A stretch of 64,000 nucleotides of DNA from positions 4,347 to 68,346 of the forward strand of contig JAFVTF010000074.1 of NCBI GenBank assembly GCA_017503375.1, written 5' to 3'. The position numbers and the translations under genes were made by a program. This DNA is from Lentisphaeria bacterium (GTDB taxonomy: Bacteria; Verrucomicrobiota; Lentisphaeria; Victivallales; UBA1829). Below the pieces are notes generated by a model. That model searched no databases and was not told the DNA's origin. It saw only the letters and a list, made by a program, of their open reading frames with translations. Positions 18,994 to 27,913 of the stretch are shown here, one piece after another (the stretch's first letter is position 1; every line of letters begins with the position of its first letter).

Positions 18994-19905
18994 ATGGAAA
19001 AAAGCGAAACTTTGGTCTTTGATATAGAAAAATTTTCCGTTCAGGATGGTCCCGGAATCCGGAGCGTTGTTTTTCTGAAAGGCTGTCCATTGCATTGTCT
19101 CTGGTGTCATAATCCGGAATCACAATCTTTTCAGAAAGAAATCATGTTTTCAGAACGTCTCTGCATCTATTGCGGAGGGTGTCAGTCAGTCTGTCCTGAA
19201 CATTGTCACTCAATCACTGAAAATAATCATTTGTTTCACCGTAAAAACTGCATTTTCTGCGGAAAATGTACAGAAAAATGTTATTCGGCCGCATTGGGAA
19301 TTTGCGGAAAAGAGATGTCTGTGGACGAAGTTCTGACTGAAGTTATGAAGGATAAGCTTTTTTATGATAATTCCGGCGGCGGGGTAACTCTTTCAGGAGG
19401 GGAACCTTTGGCTCATCCGGTTTTTACAGAAGACTTTTTGAAGAAAGCGAAAGATTCCGGTTTGCATACAGCGGTAGAAACATCCGGCTTCGCTGCAGTT
19501 CATTCTATCGAAAAAATATTCCCCTTTGTTGATTTATGGCTGTGGGATATCAAAGCTTTGCCGTCACAATACAAGGATTTGACCGGAGCTGATTGGAATA
19601 TCGTTGCAGAAAATCTGCATTTCATTTCAGAACATGGAGGTAGTATTATTCTCCGGTGTCCAATGATTCCGGGCATAAATGATTCTGAAGAAAATTTGAA
19701 TTTTATAGCAGCTCTGGCAACATCAACCTCCGGTGTGAAGCAGGTCGATTTGGAACCGTATCATCCGCTCGGAACAGAAAAACGCTGCAAATTGGGAAAA
19801 GGAAACCAATTTGCAGCTGAAATGTACGGCAAAGGTGAACTGGAAATAAAAGCTGAACAGCTCCGGAATCTTACAGATATTCCGGTTTCTGTTTTTACCA
19901 TTTAG
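18994..19905 (+). CDS. glycyl-radical activating enzyme (radical SAM with ferredoxin insert)
   Basis: DGPGIRSVVFLKGCPLHCLWCHNPES; CIYCGGCQSVC and CIFCGKCTEKC; GGGVTLSGGEP. Confidence 0.93.
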   Translation: MEKSETLVFDIEKFSVQDGPGIRSVVFLKGCPLHCLWCHNPESQSFQKEIMFSERLCIYCGGCQSVCPEHCHSITENNHLFHRKNCIFCGKCTEKCYSAALGICGKEMSVDEVLTEVMKDKLFYDNSGGGVTLSGGEPLAHPVFTEDFLKKAKDSGLHTAVETSGFAAVHSIEKIFPFVDLWLWDIKALPSQYKDLTGADWNIVAENLHFISEHGGSIILRCPMIPGINDSEENLNFIAALATSTSGVKQVDLEPYHPLGTEKRCKLGKGNQFAAEMYGKGELEIKAEQLRNLTDIPVSVFTI

Positions 19906-20708
19906 CCTTTGACAGCTTTTTCGTAAACAGAATAATACCGTTCTCCGAGGGTATGAAGAGATTCTGTATCAAAGTGAAGATTGTCTCCGCGATGATTCAA
20001 ATCTTTTGTCTCTACGGAATAGAATGACGGCATTTCATTGGATAAATCACGGATTGCATCATCCACGATATCAACATGTTTTGCGATAGCTTCTTCATAG
20101 AAGGATGCCAGAAAACCTGCGATAAACGGGACGGAATCATCCAAGTTCAGATCTTTCCGGAAATTGTTTACAACTGTCTGCAATTTTTCTTTATAATCAG
20201 CAGTTTGAGCACCGGCATCATTTTCGCCCTGATGCCAGAGTATGGCAACAATCTTTCCGCTTTTCTGAGCTTCTTTTGCCAGTTTGATTGCATCGTCATA
20301 AGGATGTTTTGAGGTATCCCACTTGTCTACTCCACCGGGAAGCCAGGATTCAATCCCTGTTCCGCCGACAGCTGTCGGAATCAAACCGACAGTACAATCG
20401 GGGTTGGCACCGGCAAGAAGTTTTCCAAAAGTTCTGCCGGGACCAACGCCTACGACCTGTTGATCTTTTCCGGGAAGTACCGTTTCAAACGGATCAGCAG
20501 ATATTACTTTTTTTCCATCGGCACCGAATGTTCCGATGAATGCCCGGTCTTTTGTAATAGGTTCGATTGCGGGAGCCCAAACAAGATCGGGGCGGATATA
20601 CTCCACCCCGGGGATTGGCAGCAGGTCATCCGGTCCGGCATAACCGCGGCCAGCCATATTGGATTGTCCGGCAAGAAGAACAAGAAGCTTTTCAGGCATT
20701 TCCAACAC
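19902..20708 (-). CDS. SGNH acetylesterase (SASA/DUF303, CE6-like)
   Basis: LAGQSNMAG, AVGGTGI, WHQGE, DNLHF. Confidence 0.88.
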   Translation of the reverse strand: MLEMPEKLLVLLAGQSNMAGRGYAGPDDLLPIPGVEYIRPDLVWAPAIEPITKDRAFIGTFGADGKKVISADPFETVLPGKDQQVVGVGPGRTFGKLLAGANPDCTVGLIPTAVGGTGIESWLPGGVDKWDTSKHPYDDAIKLAKEAQKSGKIVAILWHQGENDAGAQTADYKEKLQTVVNNFRKDLNLDDSVPFIAGFLASFYEEAIAKHVDIVDDAIRDLSNEMPSFYSVETKDLNHRGDNLHFDTESLHTLGERYYSVYEKAVKG

Positions 20709-20710
20709 CG

Positions 20711-21406
20711 TTATTTGACCAGATCAACAACATTGACCCATTCCGCTTCTGGGTCGTTGCTGATGTAAGCGATCATGTCATTGAAGTTATTCCAGTACGG
20801 ATCAAAATCTGCCATTTCATAGGAGTGTCCCCAGAAATAGAAGACACCTGTCGTTTTCTTCGCCTGTTCATATTTCTGCCAGAACAGACGGTTCATGAAA
20901 TGGCATGAAGATGCCAGCATAAGGGGATCTTTACAGGCTGTAACATCATCTGTATTTTCAGTGGTACGACCATACGCGAATCCGGCTTCATTCAGGAGTT
21001 TCACTGTTTCATCGGTATAGGCTCCGTAGGGCCATGCAAAACCGCGGCATTCTTTCTGGAAGAAATCCTCCAGGAATTTGCGGCTTGTTACAGCGGATTT
21101 CAGAAAAGCCTGCGGATCTGTTGTTCTGGCATCTTCATGCAGATCACAGTGAGAGGCAACTTCAAAATCTCCGTAAACTTCCAACATGCGGTCTTTTCCG
21201 ACTCTTCCGGAATGGAACGTATTGATCGGGGCAGGGGGCTGACCAGGTTCCGGTTTCATCCATTTGACAGGAACAGATTCTTCGCAGTGAAGTCCCGAGC
21301 AAAGGTTGAACGTAGCTTTTGCTTTATGTTTTCTGAGAATCTCAGCCAGACGGATATCTGTAAAAACTCCGTCATCCCAGCACTGGGCGACTCTGACTTT
21401 TATCAT
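20711..21406 (-). CDS. polysaccharide deacetylase (CE4/NodB-like)
   Basis: QCWDDG, KATFN, EVASHCDLH, FAWPYG, WGHSYE. Confidence 0.85.
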   Translation of the reverse strand: MIKVRVAQCWDDGVFTDIRLAEILRKHKAKATFNLCSGLHCEESVPVKWMKPEPGQPPAPINTFHSGRVGKDRMLEVYGDFEVASHCDLHEDARTTDPQAFLKSAVTSRKFLEDFFQKECRGFAWPYGAYTDETVKLLNEAGFAYGRTTENTDDVTACKDPLMLASSCHFMNRLFWQKYEQAKKTTGVFYFWGHSYEMADFDPYWNNFNDMIAYISNDPEAEWVNVVDLVK

Positions 21407-21437
21407 AGTATCATTCCCTTTTGGTAATTCCCGGCAC

Positions 21438-22886
21438 TCAGCAGAGTGTCAGGAATTTTTCGTATGCTTTGTTCCATTCTTCTGTTGTATTGGGCAGGAA
21501 CTGTGCGGGCTGGAAGGATTCTCTCACGAGAGCGCGGGCTTCTTCAATGGAAGCAAGTTTTCCAACAGCCACAGCCTGCAGCATGGAGTTACCGATTGCA
21601 GTAGCTTCCACAGGTCCGGCAAGAACTTCACATCCGGTCGCATCTGCTGCGAACTGGCAGAGTGTCGGGTTCTGGGCTCCGCCGCCGAGAAGATGGATTG
21701 TCCTGGTCTTCTTTCCGGAGAGGGAATCTGCTTCCTGAATGGTTTTACGGAAGAGCAGAACGAGACTTTCCAGGAATGCTCTTGTGTAAGCTCCGGCAGA
21801 TTCGGGCAGGGGCTGTCCGGTTTTCTTCAAATATTCATCAATGGCATCTTTCATGGATGCCGGGTTGAAAAATGCGGCATCATTGGGGTTGAAGAGTGCC
21901 TGGAAGGGCTTTGCTTCTCTTGCCTGAGCCATGAGTTCATCATAGGAAATATCGCTTGCAACAGCGGCTTTGATTCCGCGGAGAATCCAGAATCCGGTCA
22001 GGTTTTTGAGAACGCGCCATGTTCCGGCAACACCGCCTTCATTTGTGAAGTTGAGAGCAGCAGATTCTTTGGAGGCAAGGGCAACTTTGGATTCGATTCC
22101 GACCAGACACCATGTTCCGGAGGAAACGTATGCCCATTCATTTCCGACTGCGGGAGAAGAGGCAACAGCGGATGCGGTATCATGAGAGCCGACCATCACG
22201 ACAGGCACGCCTTCCAATCCGGGAACGCCGGAGAAGTCTGCTGTACCGACAACTGTTCCGGGGCGGGTCAGGGGCTGTACGCAGCTGCGGGGAAGTCCGA
22301 CTTCTTTCAACAGTTCATCGCACCAGTCTTCTTTGGAGCAGTCGAGCATCTGGGAGGTACTTGCAATGGTGAATTCATTTGCTTTCTTTCCGGTCAGACA
22401 ATAGGTGATATAATCCGGTGTAAAGAGTAATGTTCCGCACTTTGCAGCATAATCCGGGTTGACTTTGAATTCAGAATAAAGCTGAAAAAGTGTGTTGATA
22501 TCCATGATCTGAGTTCCGGTGAGAAGCTGAAGCTTTTCACGACCGAACTTTGCAGTGAATTCATCGGAAAGACCATTTGTTCTGGGATCGCGGTAGCAGA
22601 CAGGATCATCAATCAGCTGATCGTTTTTATCAAGCATGACATAGTCAACGCCCCAGGTATCAACAGCAATGGCATCGGGTTTGCCGAGAGCTGCTGCTTT
22701 CGCAAGTCCGGCTTTGATATCAGATACAAGCTGGCTGATGTTCCAGCGCAGAAAACCATTCTTTTCCCGGCTTTCATTTCCAAATCTTGCGATTTCATCC
22801 AGAGTGATCTTTTTGTTGTCGTCAATAACACAACGCATGATTCTGCCGCTTCCGGCACCGATATCTACTGCGAGACACTGAAACAT
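21438..22886 (-). CDS. rhaB: rhamnulokinase / FGGY carbohydrate kinase
   Basis: AVDIGAGSGR, DTWGVDY, YRDPRT, NTLFQL, GSHDTASA, SSGTW, FTNEGG, LKNLTGFWI, GPVEATAIGN. Confidence 0.88.
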   Translation of the reverse strand: MFQCLAVDIGAGSGRIMRCVIDDNKKITLDEIARFGNESREKNGFLRWNISQLVSDIKAGLAKAAALGKPDAIAVDTWGVDYVMLDKNDQLIDDPVCYRDPRTNGLSDEFTAKFGREKLQLLTGTQIMDINTLFQLYSEFKVNPDYAAKCGTLLFTPDYITYCLTGKKANEFTIASTSQMLDCSKEDWCDELLKEVGLPRSCVQPLTRPGTVVGTADFSGVPGLEGVPVVMVGSHDTASAVASSPAVGNEWAYVSSGTWCLVGIESKVALASKESAALNFTNEGGVAGTWRVLKNLTGFWILRGIKAAVASDISYDELMAQAREAKPFQALFNPNDAAFFNPASMKDAIDEYLKKTGQPLPESAGAYTRAFLESLVLLFRKTIQEADSLSGKKTRTIHLLGGGAQNPTLCQFAADATGCEVLAGPVEATAIGNSMLQAVAVGKLASIEEARALVRESFQPAQFLPNTTEEWNKAYEKFLTLC

Positions 22887-22947
22887 TTTTTCTCTCCTAC
22901 TGTGGTTTATGTAAAAATGTGAATTTTCTCTTATTATAGCCTGCTTT

Positions 22948-24282
22948 TCAGGAATTTAAAGCCCCGGAAACAAAATCTCTGATATTTTTTATCATATAAT
23001 CCAGTTTTTCTTTGCTCATTCCCGGATAAACTCCGATCCAGCAGGTATTGTTCATGATAAAATCTGTTTCTGTCAATGCAGAAGCAATACGGAAATCTAC
23101 GCCTTCTTTCATGCCTTCAAAGCAGGGGTGCTTCAAAATATTTCCGGCAAACAGATTCCGTGTCTGGATTTTTTTCGATTCCAGATATTTGGTCAGATCA
23201 TTCCGTGTAAACGGAGCATTTTCTAAAACATTGATAAGAAAACCGAACCAGGAAGGTTCTGCTCCGGGAATGTGTTTGAAATAACTCAAATATGGAATTC
23301 CCTGCAAACCATCCAATAAATATTGAAAATTTTCTCTCCGTTTCCGGGTGAATGAATCCAGTTTTTTCAACTGAACACAACCGATTGCCGCCTGCATATC
23401 TGTTGCTTTCAAGTTGCAGCCGAAATGACTGTAAACATATTTGTGGTCATAGCCCACGGGCAGGGAACCGAATTGTTTTGTAAACCTGTGTCCGCAAAGG
23501 TTATCCACTCCGGAAGGACACATACAGTCGCGTCCCCAATCCCGAATAGACAGTGCAATTTTTGCCAGGAGGGGATCATTTGTGTAAACTGCACCGCCTT
23601 CTCCGGTCGTCAAATGGTGCGGCGGATAAAAACTGGATGTGCCGATATCGCCGAACGTTCCGGTCATTTTTCCCTGATAAGTGGACCCCAGTGCATCGCA
23701 GTTATCTTCGATCAGCCAGAGATTATGCTTTTTACAGAAATTTGAAGTTTTTTCAATATCAAAAGGATTGCCCAGTGTATGCGCCAGAAAAATTGCCTTG
23801 GTCTTCGGAGACAGAGCCTGTTCCAGATATGACGGATTGATATTTGCCGTATCCCGTTCCACATCAACAAAAACCGGAATTGCTCCGAATTGGATGATCG
23901 GTGCAATCGTTGTTGGAAATCCCGCAGCAACCGTAATCACTTCGTCACCGCGCCGGATTGCACGTTCTTTTAATAGAGGTGAGGTCAAAGTTAAAAAAGC
24001 CAGCAGATTTGCTGATGAACCGGAATTGACAAAATAAGCATTTCTGACATTCAGTTTTTTGGCAAGTTCCGTTTCAAACTGCCGGGAATATCTTCCATGG
24101 GTAAGCCAGAAATCCAGTGAAGAATCAATCAATGCAGTAACTTCTTCAGAATCGAAAACACGTCCCGCATAAGGGACCCGGGATTCTCCGGGAATGAACC
24201 CCTTGTTTTCCTGAGAAAGAAGTTCTCCATATTCTTTTGTCAATGCAAGAATCTGTTCCCGCAACTGCTTCAATTTATCCAT
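22948..24282 (-). CDS. rfbH: CDP-4-keto-6-deoxyglucose 3-dehydrase (E1/DdhC; PMP and [2Fe-2S])
   Basis: NSGSSANL, AHTLGNP, EDNCDALG, SFYPPHHLTTGEGG, DWGRDCMC...DNLCG...GYDHKY. Confidence 0.93.
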   Translation of the reverse strand: MDKLKQLREQILALTKEYGELLSQENKGFIPGESRVPYAGRVFDSEEVTALIDSSLDFWLTHGRYSRQFETELAKKLNVRNAYFVNSGSSANLLAFLTLTSPLLKERAIRRGDEVITVAAGFPTTIAPIIQFGAIPVFVDVERDTANINPSYLEQALSPKTKAIFLAHTLGNPFDIEKTSNFCKKHNLWLIEDNCDALGSTYQGKMTGTFGDIGTSSFYPPHHLTTGEGGAVYTNDPLLAKIALSIRDWGRDCMCPSGVDNLCGHRFTKQFGSLPVGYDHKYVYSHFGCNLKATDMQAAIGCVQLKKLDSFTRKRRENFQYLLDGLQGIPYLSYFKHIPGAEPSWFGFLINVLENAPFTRNDLTKYLESKKIQTRNLFAGNILKHPCFEGMKEGVDFRIASALTETDFIMNNTCWIGVYPGMSKEKLDYMIKNIRDFVSGALNS

Positions 24283-25340
24283 GATAAGCCCTTTTTCTCT
24301 GCATCCAGAATGTAATCTTCCAGATCTTTCTCAGTTAAAAGCTGATATGCTGTATAAAATTCCCTGTACCAGACGGCTGTCTTCCTGAATGCTGTTTCCG
24401 CATTCCAAACAGGTTCCCAGAAAAGTTCATTATGGGCTTTTGCACAATTCAACTGGAGAATTTTTGCTTCATGGGGAGCATTTGTCTCAGGAATATAGGA
24501 ATATTGAACAGCATTCCAGCCTTTCTGGAGTAATTTCAACGCATGTTCAGTTGTGATAAAACTGTCTTCAGCCGGACCGAAATTCCATGCAGACGCATAG
24601 TTGTTTTCTCCTTCAAACAGCTTTTGTCCAAGCAGAAGATATCCGGAAAGAGGTTCCAGAACATGCTGCCACGGCCGGACGGAAGCAGGATTCCGCAGCT
24701 GCATTTCTTCTCCCTCGGCAGCAGCTCTCATAGCATCCGGAATCAAACGGTCCGCTGCCCAGTCTCCGCCGCCGATTACATTGCCGGAACGGGCAGTCGC
24801 CATCAATATTCCGGCTTCTTCCAGAAACGATTTCCGGTACGATGCCGCAACCAGTTCTGTGCAGCCTTTGGAGGCACTGTAAGGATCATGGCCGCCCATG
24901 GGATCATTTTCGGTATAACCGGACATCTGTTCCCGGTTCTCATAACACTTATCACTGGAAACAACAATAATCGCCTTGACGGAATCTGTCTTCCGGCAGA
25001 CTTCCAGAATATTGGCGGTTCCCATGACATTGATTTCAAAGGTGTCCAGAGGATTTTTGTAAGATTTTCTGACAATCGGCTGTGCGGCAAGGTGGAAAAC
25101 GATTTCCGGACGGTATGCTGAAAATACGGTGTCCAGCACTTCCCTGTTCCGGATATCCTCCTCCACAGAACGCACAGCAGGTTTCAGAAGCTGATAATGA
25201 TTCGGTTCACTTTCCGGGGGCAGGGCGATTCCGCATACATGCGCGCCCAATTGTTTCAGCCAGAAGGAAAGCCAGGAACCTTTAAATCCGGTATGTCCGG
25301 TGATCAGAACCCTGCGTCCATTGTAAATATCCCCGAACAT
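24270..25340 (-). CDS. rfbG: CDP-glucose 4,6-dehydratase
   Basis: TGHTGFKGSWL, HLAAQPIV, SDKCY, DPYSASK, GNVIGGGDW, RPWQHVLEPL; start placed at ATG 25340. Confidence 0.94.
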   Translation of the reverse strand: MFGDIYNGRRVLITGHTGFKGSWLSFWLKQLGAHVCGIALPPESEPNHYQLLKPAVRSVEEDIRNREVLDTVFSAYRPEIVFHLAAQPIVRKSYKNPLDTFEINVMGTANILEVCRKTDSVKAIIVVSSDKCYENREQMSGYTENDPMGGHDPYSASKGCTELVAASYRKSFLEEAGILMATARSGNVIGGGDWAADRLIPDAMRAAAEGEEMQLRNPASVRPWQHVLEPLSGYLLLGQKLFEGENNYASAWNFGPAEDSFITTEHALKLLQKGWNAVQYSYIPETNAPHEAKILQLNCAKAHNELFWEPVWNAETAFRKTAVWYREFYTAYQLLTEKDLEDYILDAEKKGLSWIN

Positions 25341-25348
25341 AACAGGTT

Positions 25349-26518
25349 TTATCCTTTCCAATAGGGTGAAATCTGACGGAGCCGTTCAATCACGGGCGGC
25401 AGTTTTTCCAGCACAAAATCAACATCTTTTTCTGTATTGTAACGGGAGAAACTGAACCGGATCGCTCCATGTGCAGCTGTGTAGGGAACACCCATTGCAC
25501 GGAGAACATGTGACGGTTCCAGACTTCCGGTTGTACATGCACTTCCACTGGATGCACAGATTCCGAACCTATCAAGAAGCATCAGAATGGATTCCCCTTC
25601 GATGAACTCAAAAGAGATGTTGCTTGTATTGGGCAATCTGTGTTCAATATCACCGTTCAATCGGGTTGCTTTGATCTTCAGAAGATTTTCTTCCAGACGG
25701 TCACGCATTGCTTTGACTCTGGTGTTTTCTTCTGCAATACCCGCATACGCAAGCTCAGCGGCTTTTCCAAGACCGACAATAGAAGCAACGTTTTCTGTTC
25801 CGGCACGGCGGCCGCGTTCCTGGTGTCCGCCAACAATAAACGGACGGAACCGGACTCCGCGTTTCACATAAAGAGCACCGACTCCTTTGGGTGCATGAAG
25901 TTTATGTCCGGAAAGACTCAGCATGTCAATATTCATTTTGGAAAGCTCCATGGGGACTTTTCCAACGGCTTGAACAGCATCTGTATGGAACAATGCACCC
26001 TGTTTATGGGCAAGTTCCGCAAGTTTTTCCACCGGCTGAATATTTCCGGTTTCATTGTTAGCCCACATCACGGAAACAACAGCAGTGTCTGTATCAATCA
26101 CCTGTTCTGCAAATTCCATATCCAAACGGCCTTTTGCATCAACGGGAATCCGGACGATTTCATAACCTTTCCGTTCCAGTTCCTGCGCAAGATTCAGAAT
26201 CGCAGCATGTTCGATTGTGGAACAGACAATTTTATTTTTCTTCCGGCAGATTCCAAGCGCACTCAGAATTGCGGCGCTGTCGCTTTCCGTTCCGCAGCTG
26301 GTGAAAATGATTTCGCTGGAGGCGGCTCCCAGAAGTTTTGCAACACTTTCCCGGGCAGCTTCAATGTGAGAAGCAACCTGTCCGCCGAAGGTATGAATAC
26401 TTGACGGATTCCCATAAAACTTTGTCAAAAACGGAGTCATTGCCTCAAAGACTTCAGGGGCAATTGCCGTCGTTGCATTATTGTCAAGATAAATGATCTG
26501 TTCAGGTGCAGCTGTCAT
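25349..26518 (-). CDS. nifS: cysteine desulfurase NifS
   Basis: YLDNNATT, FTSCGTES, WANNETG, HTDAVQ, SGHKLHAPKG, SSGSACT, SHVLRAM. Confidence 0.95.
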   Translation of the reverse strand: MTAAPEQIIYLDNNATTAIAPEVFEAMTPFLTKFYGNPSSIHTFGGQVASHIEAARESVAKLLGAASSEIIFTSCGTESDSAAILSALGICRKKNKIVCSTIEHAAILNLAQELERKGYEIVRIPVDAKGRLDMEFAEQVIDTDTAVVSVMWANNETGNIQPVEKLAELAHKQGALFHTDAVQAVGKVPMELSKMNIDMLSLSGHKLHAPKGVGALYVKRGVRFRPFIVGGHQERGRRAGTENVASIVGLGKAAELAYAGIAEENTRVKAMRDRLEENLLKIKATRLNGDIEHRLPNTSNISFEFIEGESILMLLDRFGICASSGSACTTGSLEPSHVLRAMGVPYTAAHGAIRFSFSRYNTEKDVDFVLEKLPPVIERLRQISPYWKG

Positions 26519-27393
26519 TTCTTTGCATCCTCCACAACAATTTTCGGGGAGACAAATTCATTCAGTTTCCCCTGGACCAGATTTTTCAGAGTGACCTGAG
26601 AAGCAGGACACATCTGGCAATGACCTTTCATGCGGATATAAGCTGTATTTCCCTGAATATCCACAAGTTCACAGTCTCCGCCGTCGCGTTCCAGAACTGG
26701 GCGGACTTCACGGTCGATCACAGATTGAACTTTGATAACTTTCTGAACGACGGAAAGTGTTTCAAAATCATCAATTTCCTGTGCTTCAGCCGGAGCGGCT
26801 TCCACTTTTTCCTTCCAGAGAGAATCCAGAATTGTCTGAATCTGATCAAGACAGGTTCCGCAAGCTCCGCCGGCTTTTGTGTATTGCGTGATCTGTTCCG
26901 CTGTATGAAGGTCATTTTCTTTTGCCACTTTGCGGATTTTTACATCGGTGATACCGAAACAGCGGCAGACGATGCGTCCTTCATGGTCATCATCTTCAGC
27001 GATTTCTTCCACAGCTTCGCCATGGCGTTTCTTATAATCAGCGATTGCCGCCTGAAGAGCTTCCATTCCCATAACGGAACAATGCATTTTTTCTTCGGGC
27101 AGGGTGCCGAGATGAGCGACGATATCTTTGTTTGTGACTTTAGCAGCTTCTTCCAATGTCATACCGATAACCAGTTCGGTCAGAACAGAGCTGGAAGCAA
27201 TAGCACTGGCACAGCCGAATGTTTTGAATTTGCACTCGCAGATTTTTCCTTCATCATCCAGTTTTATGGTGATTTTCAATGCGTCTCCGCAAGTGATATT
27301 TCCGACTTCTGCAACAGCATCCGGTTCCTGAACTTCACCCACATTCCGGGGGTTCAGAAAGTGATCCATAACTTTCTTTGTGTAATCCCACAT
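26515..27393 (-). CDS. nifU: three-domain Fe-S scaffold NifU
   Basis: MWDYTKKVMDHFLNPRN, CGD, GCASA, KMHCS; BFD-like CRCF...GGACGTC; C-terminal Nfu domain DGGD...GHCQMC. Confidence 0.95.
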   Translation of the reverse strand: MWDYTKKVMDHFLNPRNVGEVQEPDAVAEVGNITCGDALKITIKLDDEGKICECKFKTFGCASAIASSSVLTELVIGMTLEEAAKVTNKDIVAHLGTLPEEKMHCSVMGMEALQAAIADYKKRHGEAVEEIAEDDDHEGRIVCRCFGITDVKIRKVAKENDLHTAEQITQYTKAGGACGTCLDQIQTILDSLWKEKVEAAPAEAQEIDDFETLSVVQKVIKVQSVIDREVRPVLERDGGDCELVDIQGNTAYIRMKGHCQMCPASQVTLKNLVQGKLNEFVSPKIVVEDAKK

Positions 27394-27420
27394 GATATAT
27401 TCTCCTTATCATTTCCGGTT

Positions 27421-27448
27421 AATATATCACAAAACACGGATTAAACAA
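27421..27448 (-). promoter_or_regulatory. putative promoter of the nifU-nifS-rfbG-rfbH operon
   Basis: minus strand TTGTTT-N16-TATATT with TG before the -10 box. Confidence 0.5.
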
Positions 27449-27551
27449 ATAAAGTTCAGCGAAAAAATGAAGATAAACGCAAGTTTTTTTGAAGATATCT
27501 GTTTTTTCGGCTGTATTTTACCTGTATTGCCGGAACTGAGCTGTTTCCGGT

Positions 27552-27689
27552 TCAGAAAATTTCAATTTCATCAACATCGGAATCGGAAGAAATATCATTG
27601 ATTTTATTTTCAATTTCATTAACCGTCTGACCGGAAACTGTTCTGAGATTCTCAATCAATGCGATCATCTGACTGATAAATTCCTGCAT
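27552..27689 (-). CDS. putative acidic microprotein (45 aa)
   Basis: ATG 27689 preceded by AAGGAG; MQEFISQMIALIENLRTVSGQTVNEIENKINDISSDSDVDEIEIF. Confidence 0.45.
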   Translation of the reverse strand: MQEFISQMIALIENLRTVSGQTVNEIENKINDISSDSDVDEIEIF

Positions 27690-27769
27690 AAATGCTCCTT
27701 GTTTTTTGCCGGATTGGAACGTCAACCGGGTTGACAATGAAAGTCCGGGCCAGGAAAGGAGAATCTTTT

Positions 27770-27913
27770 ATGGAAGAGATTATTAAAGAAGCGGAATTTC
27801 TGTTGGAACAGGAAAAAGCAGATGTTGCGGAGCTGGAAAAACTTTTGGAAAAACTGCGGAAAATCAAAGAAAAAAATCATCCAGATAAGTTTGCGGGTCT
27901 GAATGTTTCCTGA
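27770..27913 (+). CDS. putative coiled-coil microprotein (47 aa)
   Basis: ATG 27770 preceded by AAAGGAG; MEEIIKEAEFLLEQEKADVAELEKLLEKLRKIKEKNHPDKFAGLNVS; its last 50 nt are antisense to the 3' end of the sigma gene. Confidence 0.45.
   Translation: MEEIIKEAEFLLEQEKADVAELEKLLEKLRKIKEKNHPDKFAGLNVS

Noticed and set aside
21306-22430. 374-aa plus-strand ORF
   Set aside because: It is an antisense shadow of rhaB with Cys/Phe/Ser-rich, non-protein-like composition.
25349-27393. nifU/nifS as evidence of nitrogen fixation
   Set aside because: No nifHDK/ENB genes are in the window, and NifUS serve as the general Fe-S assembly system in many non-diazotrophic anaerobes.
26506-27444. 312-aa plus-strand ORF
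   Set aside because: It is an antisense shadow of nifU.
27860-27900. J-domain-like HPDK motif in the 47-aa microprotein
   Set aside because: The motif is dictated by the antisense strand of the sigma factor C-terminus (YLDDFFL), and the peptide ends before J-domain helices III-IV, so it is probably coincidental.
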